The notes under the pieces: generated by a model
What the model was told of the DNA's origin: nothing
What the model saw: only the letters and a program-made list of their open reading frames with translations
The model's database searches: none
Program-made: the position numbers and the translations under genes
Shown: positions 1-10,894 of the stretch, piece after piece
How the letters are laid out: each line of letters opens with the position of its first letter
Numbering within the stretch: position 1 is the first letter of the stretch
DNA from: an uncultured Mollicutes bacterium
GTDB lineage: Bacteria > Bacillota_I > Bacilli_A > ML615J-28 > CAG-313
Assembly: GCA_900548675.1 (NCBI GenBank)
Contig: URLJ01000002.1
Span: 87,493-151,492, forward strand
Reading direction: 5' to 3'
DNA length: 64,000 nt

Positions 1-826
1 TTCTTTAGCCAAAGATATTAGTTTTGATGTCATACTATAATCATATGGCCCACTTCCATCTTTAGCACATATTGAAACTTTTTCTTCGGTTGTTGACAAA
101 TCCTCACCTATGCATCCCATATCTACTGCTAAGAGTTCATCTATTTCCGGAACGTTACTGCAGCCATGCCCCACTTCTTCATACGTTGTAAAGATAACCG
201 TTAAATTAGCGCGAGGCGTAATTTTTTCTTTTTTAATTTTTTCTAAAAGTGTAAGTAAGATAAAAACACTAGCTTTATCATCTAAAAAACGTGTTTTTAT
301 AAAACCATTACTAGTTATTTCAAACTTAGGGTCAATCGCAATAAAATCGCCATTTTCAATTCCTAAATTAACCGTATCATCTTTTGTATGTACTAATTCA
401 TCTAATCTAATATACATACCATCTTCATCACGGGTTAGAGTTGCGGCATTTTTATATACATGTGAACTTGGAGACTTTGATAAAACTGTACCAGTATATG
501 TTTTACCACTTCTTGTTATTATTTGACAATATTCACCATCGACAGTAGGAAGTTGTATTCCCCCAATTCTTGTAAACTTTAAATGACCATTACTCATAAT
601 CGAACGAACCATTAATCCTAGTGTATCCGTATGAGCACTAAGCCCTATGTTATAATTTTCTTTTCCTTTTACCGTTACTATTAGATTGCCTTTTTTATTA
701 ATAAAAGATTCATATCCTAATGATGTAACATAATCTCTAAGAAATTTCACTATTTTTTCTGTATATCCTGTTGGGGATGGAGTTTCAAAAATATGTTGTA
801 ATAATTGTAAATTTAGTTCCATTTTT
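1..826 (-). CDS. M42 family aminopeptidase (glutamyl aminopeptidase / CelM-like). The C-terminus runs off the left edge of the window.
   Basis: Reverse-strand translation from the ATG at 824-826 gives MELNLQLLQHIFETPSPTGYTEKIVK.. with the motifs LSAHTDTLG, TYEEVGHG and DMGCIGED typical of M42 peptidases. The frame stays open to position 1. The plus-strand ORF 110..526 overlapping it is low-complexity and spurious. Confidence 0.6.
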
Positions 827-831
827 TTCTC

Positions 832-1695
832 CTATCTAACTTTTATATTAACGCAATTCTTAAATGTATGGAAAACCATTCTTGTAACTCTTGCATCATC
901 TAAAGGATTATGTGTTTGAAGATATCCTACCTCTTCACCAAAATATGATAATGCATTAAACAATCCGATATCTGACTTTTGTCCTAAATAGTTTTTCATA
1001 AGTTGCATTAAATTAATAAATTTTTCTCTTTCGGCAAGCGGTTTTAACCTGTGAAGTTGATATGAAGCGTTTAAAACAAGTATATCATTTTTACCCCAAA
1101 CATATATTGTTGGATCATATAATTCTAAATAAGCTTTCATTTTTAAGTAAAACTTTTTATAACTTATCGCAATTTTCATATCGTTTTCTGTTATACCGAT
1201 AAAATCAAATGTACGTTCATTGATACCACTATGATACATTGGCTTTACGAGTGAACAATCTTCGTCTAAAACTTGTCCATTCTCATCTTCTATTACCAAA
1301 CCATATTGAATTATCTCATTTGTAAAAGGTGTACCTCTTGAAAACTCTCGTGGAGGCATTGTGAATTCCATATCTAAAAACATCTTATTTCCATCACGAT
1401 TCAAAACTTTTTTTAATGCCTCTTTGATTGTATTCATATCAAAATAAATTACACTACTGCGATGTTTTGTTTGAACCATTTTTGTGAAGCTAATTACTTC
1501 ATATGCTTTCATTCCTCCATGAAGAACCTTTTGTTCTTTGCAGGTGAAATGAACAAAGAGTCCTTCACAAAGATAGGCATTAAATTTTTTGATAAGAGAA
1601 CGTGATAAAAAATAATATTCTAATCTTTGTTTGCCTTTTATTTCAAACATTCGTTCTTTGTGATATATCCGTCTGATTCTACCACAGACCTCCAT
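832..1695 (-). CDS. DEDDh-type 3'-5' exonuclease domain protein (KapD/ERI-1-like)
   Basis: The motifs FLDMEFTMP...GQVLDE...HNPLDDARVT match Exo I/II/III of the DnaQ-like exonuclease fold. The SD AAGGGGTGA sits before the ATG at 1695. Confidence 0.55.
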   Translation of the reverse strand: MEVCGRIRRIYHKERMFEIKGKQRLEYYFLSRSLIKKFNAYLCEGLFVHFTCKEQKVLHGGMKAYEVISFTKMVQTKHRSSVIYFDMNTIKEALKKVLNRDGNKMFLDMEFTMPPREFSRGTPFTNEIIQYGLVIEDENGQVLDEDCSLVKPMYHSGINERTFDFIGITENDMKIAISYKKFYLKMKAYLELYDPTIYVWGKNDILVLNASYQLHRLKPLAEREKFINLMQLMKNYLGQKSDIGLFNALSYFGEEVGYLQTHNPLDDARVTRMVFHTFKNCVNIKVR

Positions 1696-1706
1696 AAAAT
1701 CACCCC

Positions 1707-1919
1707 TTACTTTAATTCTAATTCTTTCATTTTTATTAATTCAATAATAGCCTGGCTTCGGCCTTTTACACCTAATTTTTGAATTACATTAGAAATATGA
1801 TTTCTAACTGTTTTACTACTGATACCTAGTTCATCAGCTATTTCTTCTGTATCATAATTATTTACCAATAATTCAAATATTTCTCTTTCGCGTTGTGTTA
1901 AAAATTTATCTTTATACAA
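1707..1919 (-). CDS. LuxR/GerE-family HTH transcriptional regulator (70 aa, stand-alone)
   Basis: The C-terminal HTH EEIADELGISSKTVRNHISNVIQKLGV is LuxR-type. Its size and stand-alone architecture resemble GerE. Confidence 0.65.
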   Translation of the reverse strand: MYKDKFLTQREREIFELLVNNYDTEEIADELGISSKTVRNHISNVIQKLGVKGRSQAIIELIKMKELELK

Positions 1920-1968
1920 ATTTATCCCCCATTTATCACTTTATTTTATGCATATAGGGATAATGTTG

Positions 1969-3762
1969 CTACAAAGATAGATCATTTTTTATATTGTTTA
2001 TAACATCATCAGGGATGCCTAGTGCCTTTAGTTTTTCTTTTTCGGCATTTTTTATATCATCGATTGTTTCAAAATTTTCTAATAATTTTCGTTTTCGTGC
2101 TTTACCAATGCCTTTTATTTTATCAAGACTTGATGAAAGCATGCTTTCACTATGAACTTTTTTAAAGAACGTAATAGCGAAACGATGTACTTCATCTTGC
2201 ATTGCTTCAAGTAACAAATATAAATTTGAATTTTTCTTAATGTCACATTCTACTAGTTTATCATTAACAATAGCTCTAGTGCGGTGCTTATCATCTTTTA
2301 CAAGTCCTGCTACATTGATATCTGTTATATTAAGTTGTTTAAGTGCCATCTTAGCTGCTTTTACTTGGGGTATACCTCCATCAACTAAGATTAAATCGCA
2401 TTTTTCAAGATTATCACTAATCACTCTTTTATAACGTCTCGTTAATACTTCTTGCATCGTATGAAAATCATCGGCACCTTCGACCGTTTTTATTTTATAT
2501 TTACGATATCTCGAAGGGACTTTCACTCCATCAATATACGTGACCATCGCACTAACGCTACTTGCACCTTGAATATTGGAATTATCGAAAAGTTCAATCA
2601 CTCTAGGAGTTTTTATTCCTAAGATTTTGCCTAATTCCACTAAGGTATCAGAGGTACGTTCTATTTTTCTAAGTCTTGTAGTTAAAAGATTCTCTAGATT
2701 GTTTTTAGCATTGTCACACACTAAATCAACTAATTTCTTTTTAGTCGCAATCACTGGTATTATTAATTTAATTCCTAAAGCTTCTTCTAAAGTTTCTTTA
2801 TCTTGAATGTATGGTATTAAAACCTCTTGTGGATAAAGATTTGGATGATTATTATAAAACTGTAAGATATATGTCATAAAAGCATCTGTTGGTGAATCGT
2901 ATATATCAAATACTTCACCTTTTCTTTCTGTTATTTTACCATAACGCATATGAAATACCTGGATACTTATAATATTATCTTTTACATAAAATCCAAATAT
3001 ATCACGATTTACACCATCTGTAAGAGTAATCTTTTGATTTTCAAGAATAGTATTTAAACTATTAATCATATTACGGTATTCCAAAGCTTTTTCAAATTCA
3101 AGATTATTTGAAGCTTCTTCCATTTTGAGTGATAAAATATTTATTAATTCTGAATCACCTTTTTTTAAGTATTCATATGTTTTTTGTCTTAAGACATCAT
3201 ATTCGCTTTTTTCTATTTTATTTATACAAGGTGCTAAGCACTGATTAAGGTAATAATATAAACATGCTTTTTTGGGGATTGTATGACATTTTCTAAAGGG
3301 AAGTATTTTATTTAAAACATCAACCGTATTACGACAAGCTTTAACATCAGGAAATGGTCCATAAACCTCTCCTTTTGCTTTACGCTTTGAGGTATCAATA
3401 TCTCTTGTCACAATCAGACGAGGATTTGGTTCGTTTGTTACTGTAATATATGGATATGATTTATCATCCATTAGAAGGATGTTATACTTAGGACGATACT
3501 TTTTAATTAAGTTTTGTTCTAACAACAAAGCTTCTTTTTCACTGGATGTTATAATGTATTCAAAATGTTTAACACAAGAAACCATTTGCGTAGTTTTCGC
3601 ATCATGAGCTCCTGTAAAATAGCTTTTTAAACGATTTTGAAGAATTTTAGCTTTACCAACATAAATTATCGTGCCATCACTATTATACATTTGGTAACAT
3701 CCAGGTTTTTTAGGAACGAGTTTTAACTGTTCTTTAATGTCTAGTCTTGTTTCACTATCCAT
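1969..3762 (-). CDS. uvrC: Excinuclease ABC subunit C
   Basis: N-terminal GIY-YIG (PGCYQMYNSDGTIIYVGKAKILQNRLKSYF), a UvrBC-binding region and C-terminal HhH. Length is 597 aa. Confidence 0.95.
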   Translation of the reverse strand: MDSETRLDIKEQLKLVPKKPGCYQMYNSDGTIIYVGKAKILQNRLKSYFTGAHDAKTTQMVSCVKHFEYIITSSEKEALLLEQNLIKKYRPKYNILLMDDKSYPYITVTNEPNPRLIVTRDIDTSKRKAKGEVYGPFPDVKACRNTVDVLNKILPFRKCHTIPKKACLYYYLNQCLAPCINKIEKSEYDVLRQKTYEYLKKGDSELINILSLKMEEASNNLEFEKALEYRNMINSLNTILENQKITLTDGVNRDIFGFYVKDNIISIQVFHMRYGKITERKGEVFDIYDSPTDAFMTYILQFYNNHPNLYPQEVLIPYIQDKETLEEALGIKLIIPVIATKKKLVDLVCDNAKNNLENLLTTRLRKIERTSDTLVELGKILGIKTPRVIELFDNSNIQGASSVSAMVTYIDGVKVPSRYRKYKIKTVEGADDFHTMQEVLTRRYKRVISDNLEKCDLILVDGGIPQVKAAKMALKQLNITDINVAGLVKDDKHRTRAIVNDKLVECDIKKNSNLYLLLEAMQDEVHRFAITFFKKVHSESMLSSSLDKIKGIGKARKRKLLENFETIDDIKNAEKEKLKALGIPDDVINNIKNDLSL

Positions 3763-3797
3763 ATTATAACTCCTGTTTATTTTTATTACTACTAATT

Positions 3798-3826
3798 ATT
3801 ATACACATTTTCACTAAATAAATCAA
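3798..3826 (-). promoter_or_regulatory. sigma-A type promoter for uvrC (-35 TTGATT, 17-nt spacer, -10 TATAAT)
   Basis: The minus strand reads TTGATTtatttagtgaaaatgtgTATAAT, about 35 nt upstream of the uvrC ATG. Confidence 0.55.
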
Positions 3827-3837
3827 TGTGCATACTA

Positions 3838-3875
3838 TTTTTTTAAAAGCCTTGAGTTTTTCTCAAGGCTTTGGT
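3838..3875 (-). terminator. Rho-independent terminator after rbfA (end of the infB operon)
   Basis: Stem aagccttgag/ctcaaggctt with a 5-nt loop, immediately after the rbfA stop. A U-tract follows on the minus strand. Confidence 0.6.
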
Positions 3876-3877
3876 TT

Positions 3878-4219
3878 TTACTTATTATTAATTTCGTTTA
3901 ATATCTTTTCAATGCGACTACCATTTTCAAGTGACTCATCATATTTGAAACGCAACTCTGGTGATTTACGCAAATCAAGCTTTTTAGAAAGGCTACTTCT
4001 TAAAAAGCCTTTGGCATCTTCGAGAGCTTTTATTGTCGCTTCTTTTTCATCTTCTTCACCCAAAACTGTAAACCATATTGTTGCGATACTCATATCTTGC
4101 GTTAAAGCAACTTTCGTAATTGATACGAATTTTAGTAATTGATTTTTAGCTTCTTGAAGAAGGATCATTGAGAGTTCTTTTTCAATTATTTTTTCTACTC
4201 TTTCAACTCGGTATCCCAT
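3878..4219 (-). CDS. rbfA: Ribosome-binding factor A
   Basis: [26 protein letters not shown].. is typical RbfA. It sits directly downstream of infB. Confidence 0.9.
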   Translation of the reverse strand: MGYRVERVEKIIEKELSMILLQEAKNQLLKFVSITKVALTQDMSIATIWFTVLGEEDEKEATIKALEDAKGFLRSSLSKKLDLRKSPELRFKYDESLENGSRIEKILNEINNK

Positions 4220-6702
4220 TAGCGTTCAACTTCCTCCATAACAAAACATTCAATGCGGTCACCAACTTTAATATCATTATAATTTTCAATTGTCAATCCA
4301 CATTCATAACCTGCTTTGACTTCTTTAACGTCATCTTTGAAACGTTTTAGAGAAGAAAGTCGACCAGTATAAATTACGATACTATCTCTTATTAAGCGAA
4401 CTCCTGCACCACGAGGAATTACACCATCTGTTACGTAACAACCAGCGATTGTACCAATCTTAGAAACTTTGAATGTTTCTCTTACTTCAGCTTCACCTGC
4501 TGCCTTTTCTTCAAAGACAGGGTCCAACATGCCTTCAACAGCTTTTTCAATATCTTCTTGAAGTTTATAGATAATATCGTATAAACGGATTTCTATACCT
4601 TTTTCTTTAGCAAGATCAATAATAGCAGCACTAGGTCTAATGTTAAACCCGATAATAATCGCATTAGATGCAATAGCGAGATTGATATCTGTTTCCGTTA
4701 CGCCCCCAACACGAGATGCCACAAGATTAATTCTTGTACCAGGTATATCAATCTTTGTTAATAAACCTCTAATGGCTTCAATTGATCCTTGTACATCACA
4801 TTTTACAATTAAATTAAGTTCTTTAATTGAATCATCTTTTTGTTCATTAAATAATTCTTTTAAGGATACCCCTTTACCGACGCCTTTTTCTTCATTGAAG
4901 CGAATATGAGCTCTTGTTTCTGCTACTTCTCTCGCTTTTCTTTCATCATTGAAAATCATGAATTTTTCTCCTGCAAAAGGTACATCAGCAATACCTGTTA
5001 TTTCAACTGGTTTTGATGGTCCTGCAGTTTGTACATTGCGTCCTAATTCATCTTGCATAGCACGAATCTTTCCGTATGTGTTACCAACAACGATAATATC
5101 ACCAACTTTTATCGTTCCATTTTGAACAAGAAGGGTCGCAACTGGTCCACGTCCTTTATCAAGTTTAGCTTCTATTACTGTACCACTACCGAGACGATTT
5201 GGATTGGCTTTGTAATTATGTAAATCACTTACAAGAACAACCATATCTAGTAGATCCGAGACACCTTTTCCTGTAAGAGCGGAAATTTCAACGAAAATTG
5301 TATCGCCACCCCACTCTTCTGCGAGTAAGTTATATTCAGTCAATTCTTGTTTAATTCTGTCGCTAGATGCACCTGGTTTATCCATTTTATTAACAGCTAC
5401 AATAATTGGAACTTTAGCAGCTTGTGCGTGCTCTATAGCTTCTTTTGTTTGAGGCATAACGCCATCGTCTGCAGCAACTACCAAAATAACAATATCCGTA
5501 ATTTGGGCTCCACGTGCTCTCATTTCAGTGAAAGCTGCATGCCCTGGAGTATCTATAAAGGTAATTAATTTACCATCTTTTTCAACTTGGTACGCACCGA
5601 TGTGTTGAGTAATACCACCTGCTTCACCTTTTACAACATGACTACTTCTTATGGTATCCAAAAGTGTTGTTTTACCATGGTCAACATGCCCCATGATCGT
5701 AACAATTGGTGGGCGTGAAACAAGGTCTTTTTCATCATCTTCTATTTCCATTTCATCGAAACGAACCATATCGGTGATTTGTTTGTTTTTTATTTCGTAA
5801 TCGTATTCTATTGCGATTAATTCTACTGTTTCTCTTTCTAAAACACTTGAAGCAACTGCCATAACACCAATTGACATAAATAACTTTTTAACAAGATCTG
5901 TTACAGGAACATTCATCGCCTCAGCTATTTCTAAAACTGTCATACCTTTTTCATAATACAAAACGTGATCTTCATTTTGATTAGCTTTAACTGGTACATT
6001 ACTTCGACGCTTTTCAGTATTTTTATTGTTAGTATTTTTTATATTTTTCTTGCGGCGTTTTTCATCAGGTTGTGATTCACCGAAATTATCTCTTCTCTTA
6101 CTACGATTTTCTCTCACAATGTTATATTCATCATCTTCAAGATAATGATCATATTTTGCAAGGGTCTCTTCGTCGACACGTGGTTCAATAATTTCTGTAT
6201 CATATTTATTTAAAATAACTTTTTTGGGTCTAACATCCGCAATAACCACAGGTTTTATTTCTTCTTCTTTTTTAGTGGTTACTTTTTTAGTATCATTAAC
6301 TTTATTTTCTTCTTTTTTTACCTTTGGAGTCTCATTCAAAGAAACTTTTTGTTTTGGAAGAGGTGCCTTCTCTTCTTTTGAAGGTACTGCTTTTTTAGTT
6401 GGTTGATTATTTTTAGATATTTCCTTTAAGATTGGTTCATGCTCTTTTTGTTCTTGGGTAGGAGCTACTTTTGGTTGAGTTTTCCCTGGAATAACTACTC
6501 TATTAACAGGTTTATTTTTAACAGTTCCTGTAAAAGGGTAAGATACGTTATAGCGTTTAGCTAGTTTCTTTTCAACATCCTTTTCAACCATCGTTTCTTC
6601 TTGAAGTTTAATATCAACTCCAACATTTGATAATAAATTTAATAATTCACTTGTGCTCGTTTTAAAAATAACTGCTAAGTCTTTAACCTTCATTGTGGTC
6701 AC
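4219..6702 (-). CDS. infB: Translation initiation factor IF-2
   Basis: GTP-binding motifs [12 protein letters not shown] and DTPGH, a basic low-complexity N-terminal region, 827 aa. Confidence 0.97.
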   Translation of the reverse strand: MTTMKVKDLAVIFKTSTSELLNLLSNVGVDIKLQEETMVEKDVEKKLAKRYNVSYPFTGTVKNKPVNRVVIPGKTQPKVAPTQEQKEHEPILKEISKNNQPTKKAVPSKEEKAPLPKQKVSLNETPKVKKEENKVNDTKKVTTKKEEEIKPVVIADVRPKKVILNKYDTEIIEPRVDEETLAKYDHYLEDDEYNIVRENRSKRRDNFGESQPDEKRRKKNIKNTNNKNTEKRRSNVPVKANQNEDHVLYYEKGMTVLEIAEAMNVPVTDLVKKLFMSIGVMAVASSVLERETVELIAIEYDYEIKNKQITDMVRFDEMEIEDDEKDLVSRPPIVTIMGHVDHGKTTLLDTIRSSHVVKGEAGGITQHIGAYQVEKDGKLITFIDTPGHAAFTEMRARGAQITDIVILVVAADDGVMPQTKEAIEHAQAAKVPIIVAVNKMDKPGASSDRIKQELTEYNLLAEEWGGDTIFVEISALTGKGVSDLLDMVVLVSDLHNYKANPNRLGSGTVIEAKLDKGRGPVATLLVQNGTIKVGDIIVVGNTYGKIRAMQDELGRNVQTAGPSKPVEITGIADVPFAGEKFMIFNDERKAREVAETRAHIRFNEEKGVGKGVSLKELFNEQKDDSIKELNLIVKCDVQGSIEAIRGLLTKIDIPGTRINLVASRVGGVTETDINLAIASNAIIIGFNIRPSAAIIDLAKEKGIEIRLYDIIYKLQEDIEKAVEGMLDPVFEEKAAGEAEVRETFKVSKIGTIAGCYVTDGVIPRGAGVRLIRDSIVIYTGRLSSLKRFKDDVKEVKAGYECGLTIENYNDIKVGDRIECFVMEEVER

Positions 6703-7012
6703 CTCTTTCTGTTTCTTCTTGTAGAGTTCTCATAATTGCTTCAGCAAATCCCTTGTCGGTTAATCCGAAAACCATTGAAGAACGTTTTCCAACCGCAAAT
6801 GATAATTCCATAGAAGAATACTTTTTTATTAGTGGAATATGATAGAAGAAAGCTTTTTTCTCCATTTTATCAAGTGTCGAACTTGATGCATCACTTCCTA
6901 TTAGTATTAATTTAATCTTATTATTTTGTAAACTTTTAATCACACTATCTGTACCGATTACTAACTTGCCGCTTTTTCTTGCAAGCCCTATATACTGTAA
7001 AACTCTATCCAT
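6683..7012 (-). CDS. ylxQ: L7Ae-family ribosomal protein YlxQ
   Basis: [18 protein letters not shown] is the L7Ae/L30e signature. It lies between ylxR and infB. Confidence 0.8.
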   Translation of the reverse strand: MDRVLQYIGLARKSGKLVIGTDSVIKSLQNNKIKLILIGSDASSSTLDKMEKKAFFYHIPLIKKYSSMELSFAVGKRSSMVFGLTDKGFAEAIMRTLQEETERGDHNEG

Positions 7013-7030
7013 TGAAACCTCTTTAATTAT

Positions 7031-7294
7031 TTAATTTTTAAGAAGTTCTAAAAGTTCATCATATATTTCGGCAGGAACTGGTATTTCTAAATAGCGATCT
7101 AACAATTTTTTCTTTTGCGCAGTTGTGATGACGGCTTTATCCTTTTTCAAATAAGCACCATGACCACGAACCTTACCAGTGGTATCGATACATATCGTGT
7201 TTTCAGGAGTTCTTACAATCCTAAACATCTCTTGTTTAGGAAGTTGTTCTGATGTCGCAATACATTTTCTTAAAGGAATTTTTCGTTCTTTCAT
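7031..7294 (-). CDS. ylxR: YlxR-family RNA-binding protein (DUF448)
   Basis: PLRKCIATSEQLPKQEMFRIVRTPE.. in the conserved nusA-ylxR-ylxQ-infB context. Confidence 0.8.
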   Translation of the reverse strand: MKERKIPLRKCIATSEQLPKQEMFRIVRTPENTICIDTTGKVRGHGAYLKKDKAVITTAQKKKLLDRYLEIPVPAEIYDELLELLKN

Positions 7295-7302
7295 ACTATC
7301 AC

Positions 7303-8391
7303 CTATTTGATAACTGCAACGTTTGGTTTGAATCTAATTCCTTCTTTGTAAGCTGTATCTTCACTCTTGATATCTATTTTCCATCCTGTTACTTGAGAAG
7401 CAAGGCGAACATTTTGTCCCCCAATTCCTATCGCAAGTGTAAATTGTTTATCAGGAACAATCGCAATACATTGATGATTAGCCTCATCAGGTAAAATACT
7501 AATAGCTTTAGCTGGCATAAGAGCTGATGCAATAAGCTGAATAGGATCATCTTGCCATTGGAAAATATCTATTTTTTCATCATTTAATGCTTCATTAATT
7601 TGTTTAATTCTTAAACCATTAAAACCAACGCAAGCTCCTTTTGGATCGACTAAAGGGTTATTAGATTTAACGCCCACTTTACTACGATATCCTGGGGCTC
7701 TCGAAATATTCATTATTTCAATCGTACCATTAGCAATTTCTGGTACAGCCATTTCAAATAATCTTTTAACGATATCTTTTGTAGTTCTTGAAACATATAC
7801 TTTAGGGCCACGTGGTGTTTCTTCAACTTTTGTGATATATACTTTTGTTTTATCACCAACTTTTAATTCTTCAGTTGGTAACGCTTCAGTTTTTGGCATA
7901 TAGGCATCATAGTCCATTCCAATTCCTAAAACATATGCATCAGGGAATATTTTATTGACTGTCGCTGTTATCATTTCGTTTTCATGTTCTTGGAAGAATT
8001 CAAAAGCACGTTTACGGCCAAGTTCTTTTAAGCCTTGTGTAAAGATTTGTTTAAATTGACTTGCGCCTTTTCTTCCAACTTCTTTTTCAAAGTTAACTTC
8101 TCTTTTTATTACACTTCCTACGCGAACACGACTCTTTAGTTCTTTTGCAGCATCTAAAAGAATTTGACCTTCTGGGCCTTCTGGATCAATTTCATCGACA
8201 ACTGTTCTAACTGAGAAAACTCTTATTTTCTTTAATTCAGGGTTAAATTCAACTTGAATATCTCCTTCAATCCCTTCTAATTGGCAAGCCTTTTTCATAG
8301 CTACTGCAACTTTTTCTAAAACATCATTAATATCTAAATTTCTTTCGCTCGCGATAATTTCAAGTGATTCATAAAAACTCTTACTAGTCAT
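7303..8391 (-). CDS. nusA: Transcription termination/antitermination factor NusA
   Basis: S1 and KH domains and 362 aa. It sits between rimP and infB. Confidence 0.93.
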   Translation of the reverse strand: MTSKSFYESLEIIASERNLDINDVLEKVAVAMKKACQLEGIEGDIQVEFNPELKKIRVFSVRTVVDEIDPEGPEGQILLDAAKELKSRVRVGSVIKREVNFEKEVGRKGASQFKQIFTQGLKELGRKRAFEFFQEHENEMITATVNKIFPDAYVLGIGMDYDAYMPKTEALPTEELKVGDKTKVYITKVEETPRGPKVYVSRTTKDIVKRLFEMAVPEIANGTIEIMNISRAPGYRSKVGVKSNNPLVDPKGACVGFNGLRIKQINEALNDEKIDIFQWQDDPIQLIASALMPAKAISILPDEANHQCIAIVPDKQFTLAIGIGGQNVRLASQVTGWKIDIKSEDTAYKEGIRFKPNVAVIK

Positions 8392-8401
8392 AATATTCCT
8401 C

Positions 8402-8893
8402 CTAATTCATTTTAATTGCTAATCTTATTTTCGCAATTAAACGGTTTGGTATTTCTACTTCATATTTAAATTGTTTAATTAAAGCATTAATAATTATTTT
8501 TTCATCATCGGCATATAATAAATCGCCTTCAAATTCTTTATATTCATTCTTTTTAACAGGTATCTTTTCATATGTTTTTACATTAACATACTTACCAATA
8601 GCGGCTTTTACATCACGGCTATTTTTTAATTCTCTTTCTAAACCTGGTGATGTTACTTCTATACAATACTCTGTATCAATAGGATCTATCTCATCTAGCT
8701 TTTCACTTACTTTTTCACTTACTGTAACAGTATCATCAATTGAAAGCGTACTTGTACTATTATCTATTACAAATGAAATAATTCGTGTTCCAAATTCTTT
8801 TCTTTCTTCTACTTCTAAAAGTTCAAATCCTAATTCTTCTATGATACCTTTTAACTCTGTATAAAGTTTTTGTTCTAATGCGTTCATAAGCAT
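8402..8893 (-). CDS. rimP: Ribosome maturation factor RimP
   Basis: 163 aa and the first gene of the nusA-infB operon. The fold is RimP-like. Confidence 0.8.
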   Translation of the reverse strand: MLMNALEQKLYTELKGIIEELGFELLEVEERKEFGTRIISFVIDNSTSTLSIDDTVTVSEKVSEKLDEIDPIDTEYCIEVTSPGLERELKNSRDVKAAIGKYVNVKTYEKIPVKKNEYKEFEGDLLYADDEKIIINALIKQFKYEVEIPNRLIAKIRLAIKMN

Positions 8894-8956
8894 ACCCTTT
8901 CAAATTAAAGAGTGAGCATAGCCCACTCTTGCTAATCACGATTATCAAGTACTTAA

Positions 8957-8985
8957 ATATTATCACAAATATGAAAAAAAGTCAA
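8957..8985 (-). promoter_or_regulatory. sigma-A type promoter of the rimP-nusA-infB operon (-35 TTGACT, 17 nt, -10 TAATAT)
   Basis: The minus strand reads TTGACTttttttcatatttgtgaTAATAT. The 5' UTR that follows contains the hairpin 8909-8935. Confidence 0.55.
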
Positions 8986-9113
8986 GCAATAGACAAATAA
9001 GGTGATTATAAGAAGAGCATTATCAAAATAACGATAGGAAAATTTCAAAAAACATTTTTGTTGGATAACTCATCTTTTTTATGATTAGTTTAAAATTTAA
9101 TGGATTATTTACT

Positions 9114-9142
9114 TGCATGAAAAATGAATCTAAGGTAAAATA
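9114..9142 (+). promoter_or_regulatory. sigma-A type promoter (-35 TTGCAT, 17 nt, -10 TAAAAT) for the uridine-kinase-like gene
   Basis: TTGCATgaaaaatgaatctaaggTAAAAT, followed by the SD AAGGAG and the ATG at 9163. Confidence 0.5.
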
Positions 9143-9162
9143 TAGATAAGGAGAAAAAAGAA

Positions 9163-10827
9163 ATGAATGAATTAATTAATGTTAAAATTTTAAATAGTGA
9201 TTTACCAGAGTCACTGACAATTTCTAAGGGGAGCACTTTATTAAGTATCTTACCAGATGAATTAAAAAAACAATATTATATATGTCTTGTTAATGGTAGA
9301 GCCCGTGAATTAAGTTTTAAAATTAGCTTTGATGCTACTTTAGAATATGTTGGATTAAACAATATCGAAGCAGGAAAAGCCTATGAAGCAAGTCTAAGAT
9401 ATGTTATGGCAATGGCTTTTTATAACCTTTTTAAAGATGTCAAAATCCGCTTTAGTTATAATGTATCTCGCTCTATTTTTTGTCAAGTAATCTCCAATAA
9501 TCTTAAAATTGATAAAGGTATCGTTGACAAAATTAAAGCTAAGATGGATGAAATAATTAAACTCGATTTACCGATTGAAAGAGTTACTGTTTCATGGGAC
9601 GAAGCCAAAAAAATCTATGAAGAATTTAAAATGGAAGATAAAATGGAGATTCTTGAATATCGTCCTGAAAAAGTTGTTCACTTGTACCATTGTGGATCTT
9701 ATTATAATTATATGCATTCTTATATGGTTCCATCCACAGGATATTTACAAAATTATCGTTTACGTTTATATGCCCCAGGTATTATTATTCAATATCCTCG
9801 TTATGAAATGGGTGGAATTATCCCTGCATTTGAAGAAGCACCTGTTTATGGTAAAACTTTAAAGGCAGCTTATGAATGGGCAAAACTAGTTGATTCACAA
9901 ACCATTTATAAAATCAATCACCATATTAGCGGCAAAAACACCAATGAATTTATTCAAATGTGTGAAACAAAACATAATAATATGTTGGCTGAATTAGGTG
10001 AAAGAATTAAAAACGATATTGAAAATATTAGACTTATCGCTATTGCAGGACCATCTAGCAGCGGAAAAACTACTTTCTCTAATCGCCTAAGAATTGAACT
10101 TATGTCAAGAGGGATCAATCCTGTTATGATTTCTATTGACGATTATTATTTAGATCGTGATAAAATAGAACCAAATGAAAATGGTGAAATTGACCTTGAA
10201 GATATCAATACTCTCGATGTAGAATTATTCAATCAACACATGTACGCCTTAATTAATGGTGAAGAAGTACAACTTCCACATTTTGATTTTGTACTAGCTA
10301 AAAGAGTTCCCGGAAAGAAAATCAAAGTGGCACCAAATTGTCCTATCATTATCGAAGGCATACACGCGTTAAATGAGTTAATGAGTTCTTCTATTCCAAA
10401 ACACCAAAAGTTTAAAATTTTTATTAGCCCACAAATTCAAATTAATATTGATAATCACTCACCTATGAGTACTACTGATTTAAGATTAATTAGAAGAATC
10501 GTACGTGACAAACAATTTAGAAATGCCCCTGCTACAAAAACTTTGTCAATGTGGCCTTCGGTTAGACGTGGTGAATTTAAATGGATTTATCCTAACCAAG
10601 AACAATCAGACTATGTATTTAACTCAGAATTAACTTATGAATTATGTGTTTTGAAAAAATACGCTCTTCCTTTACTAAAGGAAATCGAACCTGATAATGA
10701 ATATTTTATTGTAGCTAATCGTTTACTAAAATATCTTAAATACTTTAAATCTATTGATGAAGCAGCTATTCCATGTAATTCTTTAATTAGAGAATTTATT
10801 GGTGGAAGTTGTTTTAACGTATGTTAA
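9163..10827 (+). CDS. Uridine kinase family protein with an N-terminal TGS-like domain (long-form Udk)
   Basis: P-loop IAIAGPSSSGKTTFSNRL, ISIDDYY and a C-terminal Udk-like fold. The roughly 280-aa N-terminal extension resembles a ThrRS N-terminal/TGS domain. Confidence 0.7.
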   Translation: MNELINVKILNSDLPESLTISKGSTLLSILPDELKKQYYICLVNGRARELSFKISFDATLEYVGLNNIEAGKAYEASLRYVMAMAFYNLFKDVKIRFSYNVSRSIFCQVISNNLKIDKGIVDKIKAKMDEIIKLDLPIERVTVSWDEAKKIYEEFKMEDKMEILEYRPEKVVHLYHCGSYYNYMHSYMVPSTGYLQNYRLRLYAPGIIIQYPRYEMGGIIPAFEEAPVYGKTLKAAYEWAKLVDSQTIYKINHHISGKNTNEFIQMCETKHNNMLAELGERIKNDIENIRLIAIAGPSSSGKTTFSNRLRIELMSRGINPVMISIDDYYLDRDKIEPNENGEIDLEDINTLDVELFNQHMYALINGEEVQLPHFDFVLAKRVPGKKIKVAPNCPIIIEGIHALNELMSSSIPKHQKFKIFISPQIQINIDNHSPMSTTDLRLIRRIVRDKQFRNAPATKTLSMWPSVRRGEFKWIYPNQEQSDYVFNSELTYELCVLKKYALPLLKEIEPDNEYFIVANRLLKYLKYFKSIDEAAIPCNSLIREFIGGSCFNVC

Positions 10828-10854
10828 TCAAATAAAAACTAGACCTATAAAAAA

Positions 10855-10894
10855 GAGGCCATCACAAACGTAAATGTTTGTGATGGCTTTTTTT
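10855..10894. terminator. Bidirectional rho-independent terminator between the convergent genes
   Basis: Stem gccatcacaaac / gtttgtgatggc with loop gtaaat. An A-tract lies upstream and a T-tract downstream. Confidence 0.8.

Noticed and set aside
110-526. 138-aa plus-strand ORF at the left edge
   Set aside because: Its composition is low-complexity (S/L/I-rich) and it has no SD. It lies entirely antisense to a well-supported M42 peptidase reading frame, so it is spurious.
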